64,000 bases of DNA from Alphaproteobacteria bacterium (GCA_963555825.3 CAUVXB020000002.1:2784001-2848000), one strand, 5' to 3'. Positions 46,593 to 58,622 are shown, counted from the first letter of the stretch. Notes: generated by a model from the letters alone, not told the origin. Numbers and translations: made by a program.

Positions 46593-47905
46593 TGTCGATA
46601 ACACGTGATATGGCCGGTCAATGTAACAAATGATCTGTCCGGCATTAGAACTCCTCCAGAAAGTGGCGGAGCTGATGCGCCGGACAGAGCAGTTACAGGG
46701 GTTGAGATTGATGAAGTTCGATGAGGTTTACGGACGCACCTACAGGGGTGAGTTGAGCCAGCTGGAGGCAGCCGAGATCCTGGGCATGTCCGAGCGCACG
46801 TTCCGACGCTGGCGCGATCGCTTTGAGGCCGAGGGCGCGGAGGGTCTTTACGACCGCCGCCTGGGTCGGGTTTCCGCGCGCCGCGCCGGGGTCGACGAGG
46901 TGGTGGCACTGTTGGATCTGTTCGATACCAGGTACCGGCATTTCACCGCCTGGCACTTCTGGGAGAAGCTGGTTGCAAAGCACGACGTCACGCGCAGTTA
47001 CAACTGGGTGCGGCTGACGCTCCAGGCGCACGGCCGGATCGCGCCGGCGCCGCGGCGCGGCGTGCACCGCCGCAAGCGGCCGCGCCGGCCGATGGTCGGC
47101 ATGATGTTGCACCAGGACGGCTCCGCGCACCAATGGGTGCCGGGTCAGTACTGGGACCTGATCGTGACCATGGACGATGCCACTTCGGAGATCTATTCCG
47201 CCTTCTTCGTCGCCGAGGAGGGCACCATGTCGAGCTTTGTGGCGCTGCTGGAGGTGGGGTCGGCCATGGGGCTGTTCTGCTCGCTTTATGCAGACCGGGC
47301 CTCGCACTATTGGCACACGCCGGAGGCCGGCGGCAAGGTCGACAAGGACAATCCAACCCAGGTCGGACGTGCCCTGCAGCAACTCGGTATTGAGCTGATC
47401 CCGGCCTATTCGCCGGAGGCCCGGGGCCGCTCGGAGCGCATGTTCGGCACCCTGCAGAAACGCCTGCCGCAGGAACTCGAGCTCGCCGGCATCACCGATA
47501 TGGCGGCCGCCAACCGGTTCCTGAAAGAGGACTTCCTGCCGGCCCACAATGCCCGCTTCGCCCGGCCGGCCGAGGACACAGGCTCCGCCTTCGTGCCGTT
47601 CGCCGGCAACCTGGCGGACATCCTCTGTGTGCAGGAGGACCGTGTGGTCGGCAATGACAACACGGTGCGCTACAAGAACTTGAGCCTGCAGATCCCGGCA
47701 GGCCGCCATCGCCACCACTACGTCAAGGCCAAAGTGAGTGTGCACGAATATCCCGACGGCGACCTTGCCGTCTTCCATGGCCAGCGCTGCCTGGCCCGCT
47801 ACAAGAAAGACGGCACGCCGATCGAAAGCAGCGAAAGGCGGGCCGCGTGATCCGCTTCGACGCGACCGGCCGGCGCTCTGCGGATAAGTGGACAGCTCGA
47901 CTGCG
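46593..47905 (+). mobile_element. IS1202/ISNCY-like element (transposase 46675-47850), right end cut
   Basis: TGT start; N-terminal HTH, LHQDGS, MDDATS, YADR, SPEARGRSER. Confidence 0.85.
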
Positions 47906-47923
47906 GAGCTATTGTCAAAAGTT

Positions 47924-50900
47924 GACGGGGCGGTAAAAAGTTGTTGGCCGATGGCGTGCTTGTACAGGTCTTTGCGGTTCGGTGAAGAATATTTGCCTGT
48001 CTCCGCGTTGCTGGTGGATAAAACCTGATATTACCTACCCTTGGCTTCTCCTTGGCTTCGTTTTTTATGGTGCGATTGCCGCGCAGCGTCGGATATTGAG
48101 GCCGAGGGCACGCAGATTGACCACGTAGCGCATGGCCGGCATGCCGCGAATGCGTAGGTGAGCCAGGTTCAGAGCTATTGTCAAAAGTTGTGTATGGGCT
48201 GATCATGCGGCGGCGCGATCCTGGCGTTCTCCATCTACGAATTTGACGCCGCGAATGATCTCGGCGAGATGGTTCGATCCATCGAGTTTTCTCCATTTTC
48301 TCTGAGCGCACTGGCATAGTTTGAAGACCATGGCCATCGCCGTCTTGCGCGACAGGCAGCCCTTGGTCCGGTAGGTGCGCAGACGAACCGTGGCGAACGT
48401 GCTCTCGATGGGGTTGGTCGTGCGTACATGCTTCCAGTGCTCGGCGGGGAAGTCGTAGAACGTCAGCAGGACGTCGCGGTCCTTGGCCAGGCAGGCCGCG
48501 GCCTTGTCGTACTTCGGCCCGTAGGCTTCCAGGAAGAAGTCGAAGGCGCTCTCGGCATCCTTCCTGGTTTCGGCCATCCAGATGTCTTGCAGGCGCCCCT
48601 TGGCTTTCTTTTGCAGACCCTTGGGCAGCTTGTTCAAGACGTTGCCCGTCTTGTGAACCCAGCAGCGTTGCTCGCGGGCGCCTGGGTAGACTTGGCGGAG
48701 CGCCTTCCAGAAGCCGAGCGCGCCGTCGCCGAGCGCCAGTTGCGGACCCATTTCAAGGCCGCGCCGCTTGAGATCGAGCAGAACTTCGAGCCAGGACTGC
48801 TCACTTTCGCGATAGCCGTCGGCGATGGCGATCAGTTCCTTCTGTCCCTTGTCCGTGGCCCCGACGATCACCAGGATGCACTGCTTCTCTTCCTCCATGC
48901 GGGCGCTGAAATAGATGCCGTCCACCCAGAAATAGACGTAGCGCTTGGCCGTGAGGTCGCGCCGTTGCCAGCGCTCCGCCTCAACCCCCCAGACCTCTTT
49001 CAGCCGGGTGATCGTGGAGGCCGAAAGCCCCGGCGCGGAGCTCCCCAGGAGCGCCGCCAAGGCTTCCCCGAAGTCGCCGGTGGAAATGCCCTTCAGATAC
49101 AGCCATGGCAAAAGGTCTTCCAGGCTCTTGGCGCGGCGCAGATAGCGCGGCAGGATCGCCGACGTGAAGCGGATGGCGCCGTCCCCCCGGTCCCGCACAC
49201 GGGGTTGGCGCACGCTCACCGGGCCGATCCCGGTCTGGATGAAGCGTTCCGGCAGATATCCATTGCGGACAACCCGGCGGCGGCCGGCGGCGTCAACAAG
49301 CGCCGCATGGCTACCCAAAAACACGGAGACCTCGGCCTCAACGGCTTGGGCCAACAACTCGCGAGCTCCAGCTTGTAGGACTTCCGTCAACGGATCTTTC
49401 TGAAAATCAGATGGGTTTTGAAAAGCAACAACGGTATTCTCTTTCATGGCGTATCCTTCCTTGGCTTAGCTCAAGTGGTGACATCAACAATCACCAGGAT
49501 ACGCCGCCTTCATTTCAACGCCGTACACAAGATTCGGTTATAGCTCCCAGGTTCATCTGGTACTTTAATCGCGACATGGTCGCTTCTATGCCGGCCCGCC
49601 ATCTGTAGACGTTGCGGAAGGCATCGCTTTGTTCATAAAGCCGGCGCTTTTGGTTGGCAGCCCTGGCCGGGGTATATTGAAAGCGGGAAAATTGGCCGTC
49701 ACGCTTGGCCGCCTGCACGGGACATCGCAGTATATCGGGACATTTTTGGCAGATGGAGAGGTCGAAACGGGCCTGCAGCTTGGCTTTGGCGAGCGAGGCT
49801 GAAACCGGTTCGACGTTATTGGGACAGCGCAAGACCAAGCCTTCTTCGTTGAGAGTGAAATCCTCCAACGTCAACCGTCCCGAGACGGCGCCTTTCGGCG
49901 GTCGTGCGGGCGCCACGAGATTGATGTTCTGTTCGCGCGTCAGAGCCATGTTGTCACTGGAACCGTAATGTGAATCACCCAGCATCACCGCCGGCGTCAG
50001 CGCGCGCTCGCTCAGATCATCCAGCGCATCGGCTAAGCGATGGCCGTCATGCACCGTCATCTTGTGGACCTCCACGTGGGTGATGAGGTCCGGTGTCGCG
50101 GCAACCGCCTCGTTACTGACATCTTCACAATAGGTTTCGACGATCTGCGCCATGTATCCTTGACCCTTGTGCGCGTTGTAGCTCGCGTCCGGGTCGGCCG
50201 GATTGCCGACGGTATCGCACGGCACATCCTTTGGATCTCGAATCGCGGCGCGCGTTGCGTCACGATCGCCATACTCATCATCAACGATCTCGAACTGATC
50301 GCGCAGAACCCTCTCCAGGATCGCAAAACTGAAAAGCTTTGCCGCCGCCGTGTCACGGAATTGCAGCACCAGGGCTAGGAGATACTGACCCGCTTCGCCG
50401 AGGCGCCGTTTTGAAACACTCGGCGCCGTATTCGCGAACGCGCCATTACCCTCGCGATCGACATAGCGGCGGATCACCTCCTTGCTGATCTGCTCGTGCA
50501 GACCGGGATGATATCGCTCAAGCTCACGGGCAAACTTCGAGATGCTCTCAACAACGATACCAAGTCGTGTCAGCGCCCGCATTGCCGAACGAAGGGCCGT
50601 CGAATCCATGCGTTGGTGGCTGGTATCGACAGAGAACCCCTGCACCAGCCGATCCGTCAAACACCGGAACAGCAATTCATCGAGACCTTGTTCGATAAAC
50701 AGACGGCGATAGTTGCGCAGGGTTTTCTCACAGAAATAGCTGTCCGCTTCGCTGCGCACGTCCAAGGCATAGTGCCACGCCATATTGAAGGCCAGGGCCT
50801 CGACGGTCTCTGCATCGCTCAGATCGTGCAGCTGCTGCAAAAGCAAGACCCCGATGACAACGTGTAGATCCTTCGATGGTCGGCCCATGCGTTCATCAAG

Positions 50901-51108
50901 GTGACGGCAAAGATCGTCAACCGGAAGTTCGACAAGCAGATGGTTCCGAAAAACCCCGGCCCAGGATTGCTCCATCAGGCGCCGACGTTTGTCCCCGAAA
51001 TCGGACCAGCGATCAAACAATTCCCCAGTCCGTCGGTCGCGTAAAGTAAACATGCACAATTATAATCCAGCCGACTCTCATGAGGAATCGACTTTTTACC
51101 GCCCCGTC
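47924..51108 (-). mobile_element. IS1182/IS5-like element (transposase 51059 to 48065) interrupted by IS256 A
   Basis: Perfect 18-bp IRs GACGGGGCGGTAAAAAGT; GRPS, DST, DPDASY, GDSHYG, YRWRAGIE; frame resumes LAHLRIRG..LNIRRCAAIAP* after the IS256 is removed. Confidence 0.88.
48172..49546 (-). mobile_element. IS256 element A, copy 2 (transposase 48203-49447), 9-bp target duplication
   Basis: CCAGGTTCA at 48163-48171 and 49547-49555. Confidence 0.96.
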
Positions 51109-52472
51109 GAATCTTGTGTACGGCGTTGAAATGAAGGCGGCGTATCCTGGTGATTGTTGATGTCACCACTTGAGCTAAGCCAAGGAAGGATACGCCATGA
51201 AAGAGAATACCGTTGTTGCTTTTCAAAACCCATCTGATTTTCAGAAAGATCCGTTGACGGAAGTCCTACAAGCTGGAGCTCGCGAGTTGTTGGCCCAAGC
51301 CGTTGAGGCCGAGGTCTCCGTGTTTTTGGGTAGCCATGCGGCGCTTGTTGACGCCGCCGGCCGCCGCCGGGTTGTCCGCAATGGATATCTGCCGGAACGC
51401 TTCATCCAGACCGGGATCGGCCCGGTGAGCGTGCGCCAACCCCGTGTGCGGGACCGGGGGGACGGCGCCATCCGCTTCACGTCGGCGATCCTGCCGCGCT
51501 ATCTGCGCCGCGCCAAGAGCCTGGAAGACCTTTTGCCATGGCTGTATCTGAAGGGCATTTCCACCGGCGACTTCGGGGAAGCCTTGGCGGCGCTCCTGGG
51601 GAGCTCCGCGCCGGGGCTTTCGGCCTCCACGATCACCCGGCTGAAAGAGGTCTGGGGGGTTGAGGCGGAGCGCTGGCAACGGCGCGACCTCACGGCCAAG
51701 CGCTACGTCTATTTCTGGGTGGACGGCATCTATTTCAGCGCCCGCATGGAGGAAGAGAAGCAGTGCATCCTGGTGATCGTCGGGGCCACGGACAAGGGAC
51801 AGAAGGAACTGATCGCCATCGCCGACGGCTATCGCGAAAGTGAGCAGTCCTGGCTCGAAGTTCTGCTCGATCTCAAGCGGCGCGGCCTTGAAATGGGTCC
51901 GCAACTGGCGCTCGGCGACGGCGCGCTCGGCTTCTGGAAGGCGCTCCGCCAAGTCTACCCAGGCGCCCGCGAGCAACGCTGCTGGGTTCACAAGACGGGC
52001 AACGTCTTGAACAAGCTGCCCAAGGGTCTGCAAAAGAAAGCCAAGGGGCGCCTGCAAGACATCTGGATGGCCGAAACCAGGAAGGATGCCGAGAGCGCCT
52101 TCGACTTCTTCCTGGAAGCCTACGGGCCGAAGTACGACAAGGCCGCGGCCTGCCTGGCCAAGGACCGCGACGTCCTGCTGACGTTCTACGACTTCCCCGC
52201 CGAGCACTGGAAGCATGTACGCACGACCAACCCCATCGAGAGCACGTTCGCCACGGTTCGTCTGCGCACCTACCGGACCAAGGGCTGCCTGTCGCGCAAG
52301 ACGGCGATGGCCATGGTCTTCAAACTATGCCAGTGCGCTCAGAGAAAATGGAGAAAACTCGATGGATCGAACCATCTCGCCGAGATCATTCGCGGCGTCA
52401 AATTCGTAGATGGAGAACGCCAGGATCGCGCCGCCGCATGATCAGCCCATACACAACTTTTGACAATAGCTC
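51109..52472 (+). mobile_element. IS256 element A, copy 3 (transposase 51197-52441), first 11 bp of IRL missing
   Basis: Same ORF as copies 1 and 2; begins at GAATCTTGTGTACGG. Confidence 0.95.
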
Positions 52473-52648
52473 CGTTCCTGACCGCGATACGCGAACAATA
52501 CGGAATAATCGAACGGCACCACATGGCGTAATGCCTGAACCAGTACAGCCGGAAGCCGTGGCGTGTCTTCCGCCGAAATAACCTGCGCAATTTGGCCATG
52601 CCAACTGCGGGTATCCAATTTTTGGATCGTGTTTGGGCCATTAGTCAT
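52473..52648 (-). pseudogene. N-terminal fragment of a probable LuxR-type regulator, cut by IS256
   Basis: MTNGPN..LPAVLVQALRHVVPFDYSVLFAYRGQER. Confidence 0.5.
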
Positions 52649-54295
52649 GGCTGGCGGTAATATCCCTTCTCCAGTGTCAATGGCGGAGCAAAAAGGGACC
52701 ACCTCGGCGGTGTAAGAAGGGACCGCTTGGCGGCTGCGGGCTTGTCCCCGTAGTCCACGGGAGGGCCCCGCGCGCGACGCGGCGTGCCCTCAACAGGCTG
52801 ACGCGGCGGCGCGCGCGGGAGGGACCTGTGGGCCCACGGGGTCAAGCGTGGGCTGGGTGGTCGGTTCAGTTAGCAGTCGGGGTTTGACGCCTGCGGCTCT
52901 GGTTGAGCCTGTAGCTGTCACCGTTCATCTCGAGGATGTTGACGTGGTGGGTGAGGCGATCGAGGAGCGCGCCGGTGAGGCGCTCGGAGCCGAACACCTC
53001 GGTCCATTCGTCGAAGGGCAGATTGGTGGTGACCAGGGTCGAGCCCCGCTCGTAGCGTTGGCTGAACACCTCGAACAACAGCTCGGCGCCGGTCTTCGAC
53101 AGCGGCACGAAGCCGAGTTCGTCGACGATCAGAAGCTTGTAGGTGGCGAGCTTCTTCTGGAACCTCAGCAGCTGCTTGTCATCGCGGGCCTCGATGAGTT
53201 CGTGGACCAGCGCGGCGGCGGTGATGAAGCCGACCGAGAGGCCCTTCTGGCAGGCCGCCAGGCCGAGACCGAGGGCGATGTGGGTCTTGCCGGTCCCACT
53301 GTTGCCGAGCGCGATGAGGTTCTCGCGGCGCTCGATGTACTCGCAGCGGGCCAGCTCCAGGACCAGCGCCTTGTTGAGCGAGGGGATGACCTTGAAGTCG
53401 AAGCTGTCGAGGCTCTTGACCACGGGGAAGCGCGCCGCCTTGATGCGCCGCTCGACCATGCGGCGCTCGCGGTCGATCAGCTCGAGCTCGGCGAGTCTCA
53501 ACAGGTAGCGGACGTGATCGACGCCTTCCGAGGCGCACTGCCGGGCGATCTTGTCGTACTCGCGCAGGAAGGTCGGCAGCTTCAGCGTCTTGAGGTGGTG
53601 GGCGAGCAGCACTTGCGGTGTGTCGGTCATGCGCCGAGCCCCGACAGCAGGCTCATGTACGACTTGGCGGACGTCATCGCGACCCGGGCGCGCGGCAGAT
53701 ACGGATAGACGTCGAGGTTGAGCCTGGGCGGCCGCCGCTCGATGCGGCACAGTACCAGGTGCTTCACCGCATCAAAGCCGATTGCGCCGAGCCGCAGGGC
53801 GTCGCCGACCGCACCCTCGACCTCCTCGAGCCGGAAGGTCTCCAGTAGACGGAGCACCTGGACGTACTCGCGCTTGCCTGCCTTGCCCATACGAGCTTCG
53901 AGGAGCCGCCGCAGAGTGATGAAGGCCTCGGGCAGGTCCCAGCCCGCCAATGGCGCGGCCTGGTCGAGGGCGCCGATCTTCTGCTCGATCAAGGGCAGGT
54001 AATGCAGCGGGTCGAAGATCAGGTCCTCGCTGTCGTAGGACCGGCGGTGCCGGGCGATCACCTCGGCCCCGCAGCTGATCACCACCTCATCGACGTAGCC
54101 CCGGATGAGCACCTCACGGTGGCCGTAGGCCACGGGCACGGAATAGTCGTTGCTGCGGTAACGCACCAGCGACAGCGAACTCGCCCGTCCAGGGCGCTTA
54201 TCGCAGGCATCATAGGGAGCAGGCGGCAATGGCAAGAGAACTTGACGATCCCGCTCGAGACGCTCGCCGATGGTCTCCTTATATGAGGCGTTTGC

Positions 54296-54301
54296 TGTCA
54301 A
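54296..54301 (-). promoter_or_regulatory. outward-facing -35 hexamer (circle-junction promoter)
   Basis: TTGACA 15 nt inside the right end; equivalent TTGACT at 45681-45686 in element 1. Confidence 0.65.
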
Positions 54302-54595
54302 GGTGGATTTAATCTACGCCACATGATCGTCTCTTCCATTGGTTATGGCTTTGTATCCAGGGCGGGTCTTGCGATGAGTTCCGTGTTTCGTGCGAGTGAT
54401 CGCATCACCTTATATCCGGCAGCTCCGATCCGGCTTGCCACAATGCTGTATACATGGACCATCACAGGACGGGGATGGGACTAATCTTGTGGACGGCACC
54501 TTCGCCAAGGAGACATGCAGTCACACATCCAACCTGCCAACAAGCGTTCCCATCGGGGAATGAAGCCCGTTAGAACGCTGAGCTGATCCGCAGTC
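54302..54595 (-). ncRNA. bridge/seek RNA of IS110 element 2
   Basis: Four short segments match both halves of the target and both halves of the donor, each pair separated by a hairpin. Confidence 0.88.
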
Positions 54596-55729
54596 CTATT
54601 TGACGACAGCACCCACCGGGATCAGCCCGGTTTCCAGATACCGCCAAAGCGCGATCGCCAGTTTGCGGGCCAGGGCGACGATCATGACGCGCCTGATGCG
54701 CCCCTTCTGACCTTGGGTGCGGTCATGGAACCACTGGGTCAGAGCGCTATCGGGTTGATGGCGGACCCAAAGCCATGCGGCTTCGATCATGGCAACCCGT
54801 GCCAGCCGATTGCCCGCCTTGGAGATGCCTTGGCTGCGGCGCCCGTCGCCGCTGTCATAGGCACTGGGCGTGATCCCGATATAGCTTGCCACCTGTCGGC
54901 GATTGGCGAACTGGCGATAATAGACTTCCCGTGCGAGCGTCGTGGATAAGGCCGGGCCGAGGCCCTTTAAGCGCAGCAGCTGGTGACGCTTGCTTTCCGT
55001 GGCCACACACGGTGTCGGCGCTTGATCACGCTCACGCTCGACCTCGACGATCTGCGCTTGGACCTGGGCCAGTCTCGCGATCTCCCGCGCGATCTCGCGG
55101 CCGAGACGGTCCGGCAGGGGTCGGCCGTCTCCGGTGACCAGCGCCGCCGGTGTCAAGGTCTTGTAGCGCGCCTTGACATTGATGCCGCGAATGCCCTGAC
55201 CGAATAGCAGACCCTTGATCCGGTTGATGTGGGCGGTTCGCTCGCGGACCAATCGGTCACGTTCCCGATGAGAGCGGCGAAGGTCCTCCTCCGCGACGCT
55301 CGGAATCACCACCATGGAGCAGACATGACGCTCGCCGCGGCACCAGGCGATCAGCGTATGAAGAATATTCTCGACATCGATGCGGTCGGTCTTCACCCGC
55401 CGCGCCCGGCGGTTGACCCGCAAGCTGGCCGGCTCCATGACCAGACACTCGATGCCGCGCTGCTCGAGGAACCGCGCCAACCAGAAGCCGTCGTAGCCGG
55501 CCTCGTAGCACAGCGTTATCGTCGGCGTTCGACCCGTCACCTTGACCACCCGGTCCCGCGCCGCGTCCAGCTTGGCCATCAGTCCTTCAGCGTCGCCGCC
55601 CTTGATCGGATGCAAGCTCGGATTGCCCCGCCCCGGAGCCTGGATCGCCAAAAGCCAGCTGTTCTTGCTCAACTCCAGTGCCGCATAAATAGCGTGTTCA
55701 TTGGAGGTCGATACCGGAAACTGTGCCAT
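54596..55729 (-). CDS. IS110-family recombinase, intact
   Basis: ALELSKNSW, CYEAG, KTDRIDV, GLG, AYDSG, ISKAGN, VALARKL; AAGGAG RBS. Confidence 0.95.
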   Translation of the reverse strand: MAQFPVSTSNEHAIYAALELSKNSWLLAIQAPGRGNPSLHPIKGGDAEGLMAKLDAARDRVVKVTGRTPTITLCYEAGYDGFWLARFLEQRGIECLVMEPASLRVNRRARRVKTDRIDVENILHTLIAWCRGERHVCSMVVIPSVAEEDLRRSHRERDRLVRERTAHINRIKGLLFGQGIRGINVKARYKTLTPAALVTGDGRPLPDRLGREIAREIARLAQVQAQIVEVERERDQAPTPCVATESKRHQLLRLKGLGPALSTTLAREVYYRQFANRRQVASYIGITPSAYDSGDGRRSQGISKAGNRLARVAMIEAAWLWVRHQPDSALTQWFHDRTQGQKGRIRRVMIVALARKLAIALWRYLETGLIPVGAVVK

Positions 55730-56898
55730 CGTGTCGCTCCTTCTGATCGAGGTTGAAATAATCGAAGGAGCTTGAGGCTGCGTCCTTCAGCCTCATAGCA
55801 TCTTGTGGCCCCGCAGCCGCGCCGCCTGGCGCCGGCGGCACTGTTCGGCGAGAGCATCGTTGAGGGCCGCGAAGCTCTCGGCACGCGGGACGGGGACCAG
55901 GAAGTTCCGCCGGATGAAGCCGACCAGTCCCTCGACCTTGCCCTTGTCGTTGCCCTTGCCCGGCCGGCCGAACCTGTCCTCGAACAGATAGTGGGACTGA
56001 AGCTCCGTGAAGACGCGCGTTCGCTGCCGCTTCCCATCGCCCAGGATCCGGGCAACCGCCAGCTTGGTGTTGTCGTACAGGATGGATCGGGGGACGCCGC
56101 CGAAGAAGGCAAACGCCGCGTTGTGGCCATCGCAGAATGCTTCGGTCGTCTCCGCCGGATAGGCCGCAACAAAGCAACCATCACTGTGGGGAAGGTCGAA
56201 GGCAAGGAAGTGGATCTTCCGTAACGCGCCGCCGATCACCGCCATCGCTTCGCCGAAGTCCGCCTGGGCGTGACCGGGGGAATGGGAGAGTGGCACGAAC
56301 ACCTCACGCGACCGAAGCCCCTGCTCACGAACGTAGTCCTTCACGATGGTGTAGCCGCCCGTGAAACCGTACTCGTCCCGGAGGCGGTCGAAGATGCGCT
56401 TCGCAGTGTGCCGTTGCTTGCGGTGGCTGGTCCGATCGTCTTCCAAGATCCGATCGATGATTCCCGTGAACGGACCCAGCTTTGGCCGCCTCGGCGGCGC
56501 GCTTCGGCGATACCCTGGCGGCACCGAGAACGACAGCATCTTACGGACCGTCTTGCGGTCTACACCAAACACCCGCGAGGCCTCGCGGGTGCTCATCCCC
56601 TCGACATGACACGCCCGCCGAACCCGTGCGTACAACTCCACCCGATACATCCCCCCCGCCTTCCAGTCAGAGCAACCCTGACAGAAGGCTATACGCGGTC
56701 CCATTTTGGTCCGCCGCAGCCGGATCGACCGGCCGCTTCAGTGGGGGATTATTGCTCTGCCGTTCTCACCTGCCGTCGTAACAAAATCCTGCCTTGGAGC
56801 GGCCCATTGTCACGAATAGCCGATTTCGGCCGTTCGTCTCGACACAAAAAACGCACTAAATCAATGACTTAGATTTTCCATACCAGACCCACACCCCT

Positions 56899-57618
56899 CA
56901 AGACCATGAATTCGGCTGCATCGTCAAGCGGGCCGACGGTGGTTTCATTGCCGGAACCAATGCCGGACTGGTGCATCTGGACGCCAATCTGAAATCACTC
57001 GATATATTCGCCACCCCTGAAACCGAATTTCCGAACAACCGGTTCAATGATGGAAAATGCGACCGCCGAGGGCGGTTCTGGGTCGGCAGTACGGACATGG
57101 ATGAAACGGAACCGAACGGCGCGCTCTATCGGGTGAACGGCACCGGCGACGTTTTTCGGATGATCCCCGGTGTGATCGTCTCCAACGGCCTGGGCTGGGG
57201 CCCCGACGACAAAATCATGTACTTCACCGATAGCGGCCATGGCGCGATCTACGCGTTTGATTTTGATGTGGACACGGGCGAGATCGACAACCGGCGGGAA
57301 TTTGCCCGGGTTGCTCCGGCCGATGGCATGCCCGATGGACTGGCGGTGGATGCGCAAGGTTTCGTGTGGGGCGCCCATTGGGGCGGCTGGCGAATCACCC
57401 GTTACGATCCGGACGGACGGATTGATCGAGTTATCGACATGCCGGTGCCGCAGGTGACGAGCGTCGCGTTCGGTGGGGTCGGTCTGGATCAGATGTTCGT
57501 CACCACGGCGCGGCTCGGACTGACGAAGGACCAGCTGAACGAGGCCCCCTTGTCCGGTGGTCTGTTCATGATCGATGCGGGCGTCGCCGGACTGCCGGAA
57601 ATTCCCTATCAGAATTGA
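56899..57618 (+). pseudogene. SMP-30/gluconolactonase family protein, apparently 5'-truncated
   Basis: NRFNDGKCD..GRFWVG, SNGLGW, PDGLAVD, TSVAFGG; the N-terminal EGP motif is absent. Confidence 0.75.
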
Positions 57619-57799
57619 ACAATTCAATCAGCGAGGCATGCTTGAACGCCTCCTTCGGATCAACAGCGGACCACAGCCCAACGTGACAGCTCAGGACCGA
57701 ATTCGCCGTCGGATGCCCATTGTGCTAACATCTTCGGCAACCGGGGGGAGCCATCTGGGCGATCTCGGTTGCGACGATCCACAGAGACGGAGTACCGAG

Positions 57800-58277
57800 A
57801 TGACCATAAAACTACTCTCAGCCGCCTTGTTCGCCATCGTCATCGCCCTCGCGACGTCTCAGGCCTGGGCCGCCGCGACGATCGGCTCGGCGGCGAAATC
57901 GAAGCCCGTCTCGATCGACTACGTCGCGGGCAAGAAGGCGGCCGACGCCGGCGACTACGAGACCGCGGTCGAAAATCTCAAGAAGGCGGTCGCGACCGAC
58001 CCGTCGAGCGCCGACGCGTACAACCTGCTCGGCTACAGCTATCGCAAGCTGGGCGACACCGACGCGGCGTTCGAGAACTACCAGACGGCGCTCCGACTCA
58101 ACCGGATGCACCGCGGTGCCAACGAGTATCTCGGCGAGCTCTATCTCGAGATGGGCAACGTCGCCGAGGCGAAGAAGCTTATGCAGGCGCTCGGCAAGTA
58201 TTGCACCTATTTCTTGTGCCGAGTACAAGGAGCTCAAGGAAGAGATCGCCAACTACACGGCCGCTCATGGCGGTTGA
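57800..58277 (+). CDS. exported TPR protein, probable frameshift near the C-terminus
   Basis: Signal peptide; ADAYNLLGYSYRKLG, HRGANEYLGELY; the tail AEYKELKEEIANY lies in another frame after ~58209. Confidence 0.7.
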
Positions 58278-58622
58278 AGGTGTTGCCCTCGATCCGCCAG
58301 CGAAGAACCTATGCGCAGAGAGAATTGTCGGGATGTCGGCTCATGGCCGAGGCTGTTCTCTAACTCGGGGGTAGGCTGCCAAGCTCTCCGTGACGTACCT
58401 GCCGGGTTCGCTGTTCTCTCCGCGATAGGGGCCGAGCCCTCCGCATGATGGCGCTGGAGGACGTTGGCGGATCAATATTGAAGACGCGTTTGCCTCGATC
58501 AGACATCGCAATACCTCGGTCGATTTCACCGACGCCGTTCGGTGTGCTTACGCCCTTCCACTGGAAGGACGGTCACACCTCACCCGGCAGGGGCATCGGT
58601 TGTCGCACTTCGGCCGCCGGTT

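Larger units (their letters stand above)
54281..55801 (-). mobile_element. IS110/IS1111-group element 2, complete
   Basis: Boundaries defined against intact istA copies; CTT core at 54278-54280 and 55802-55804; sub-terminal IR TATGAGGC. Confidence 0.95.
52675..56768 (-). mobile_element. IS21 copy 3; istB intact (52866-53630), istA interrupted by IS110
   Basis: Both ends present; istA halves at 55805-56650 and 53627-54280. Confidence 0.95.

Noticed and set aside
56860-56898. GGGTGTGGGTCTGGTATGGAAAATCTAAG (minus strand) resembling a transposon end at the lactonase truncation
   Set aside because: Shorter than a 38-bp Tn3 IR and no partner end was found; family cannot be assigned.
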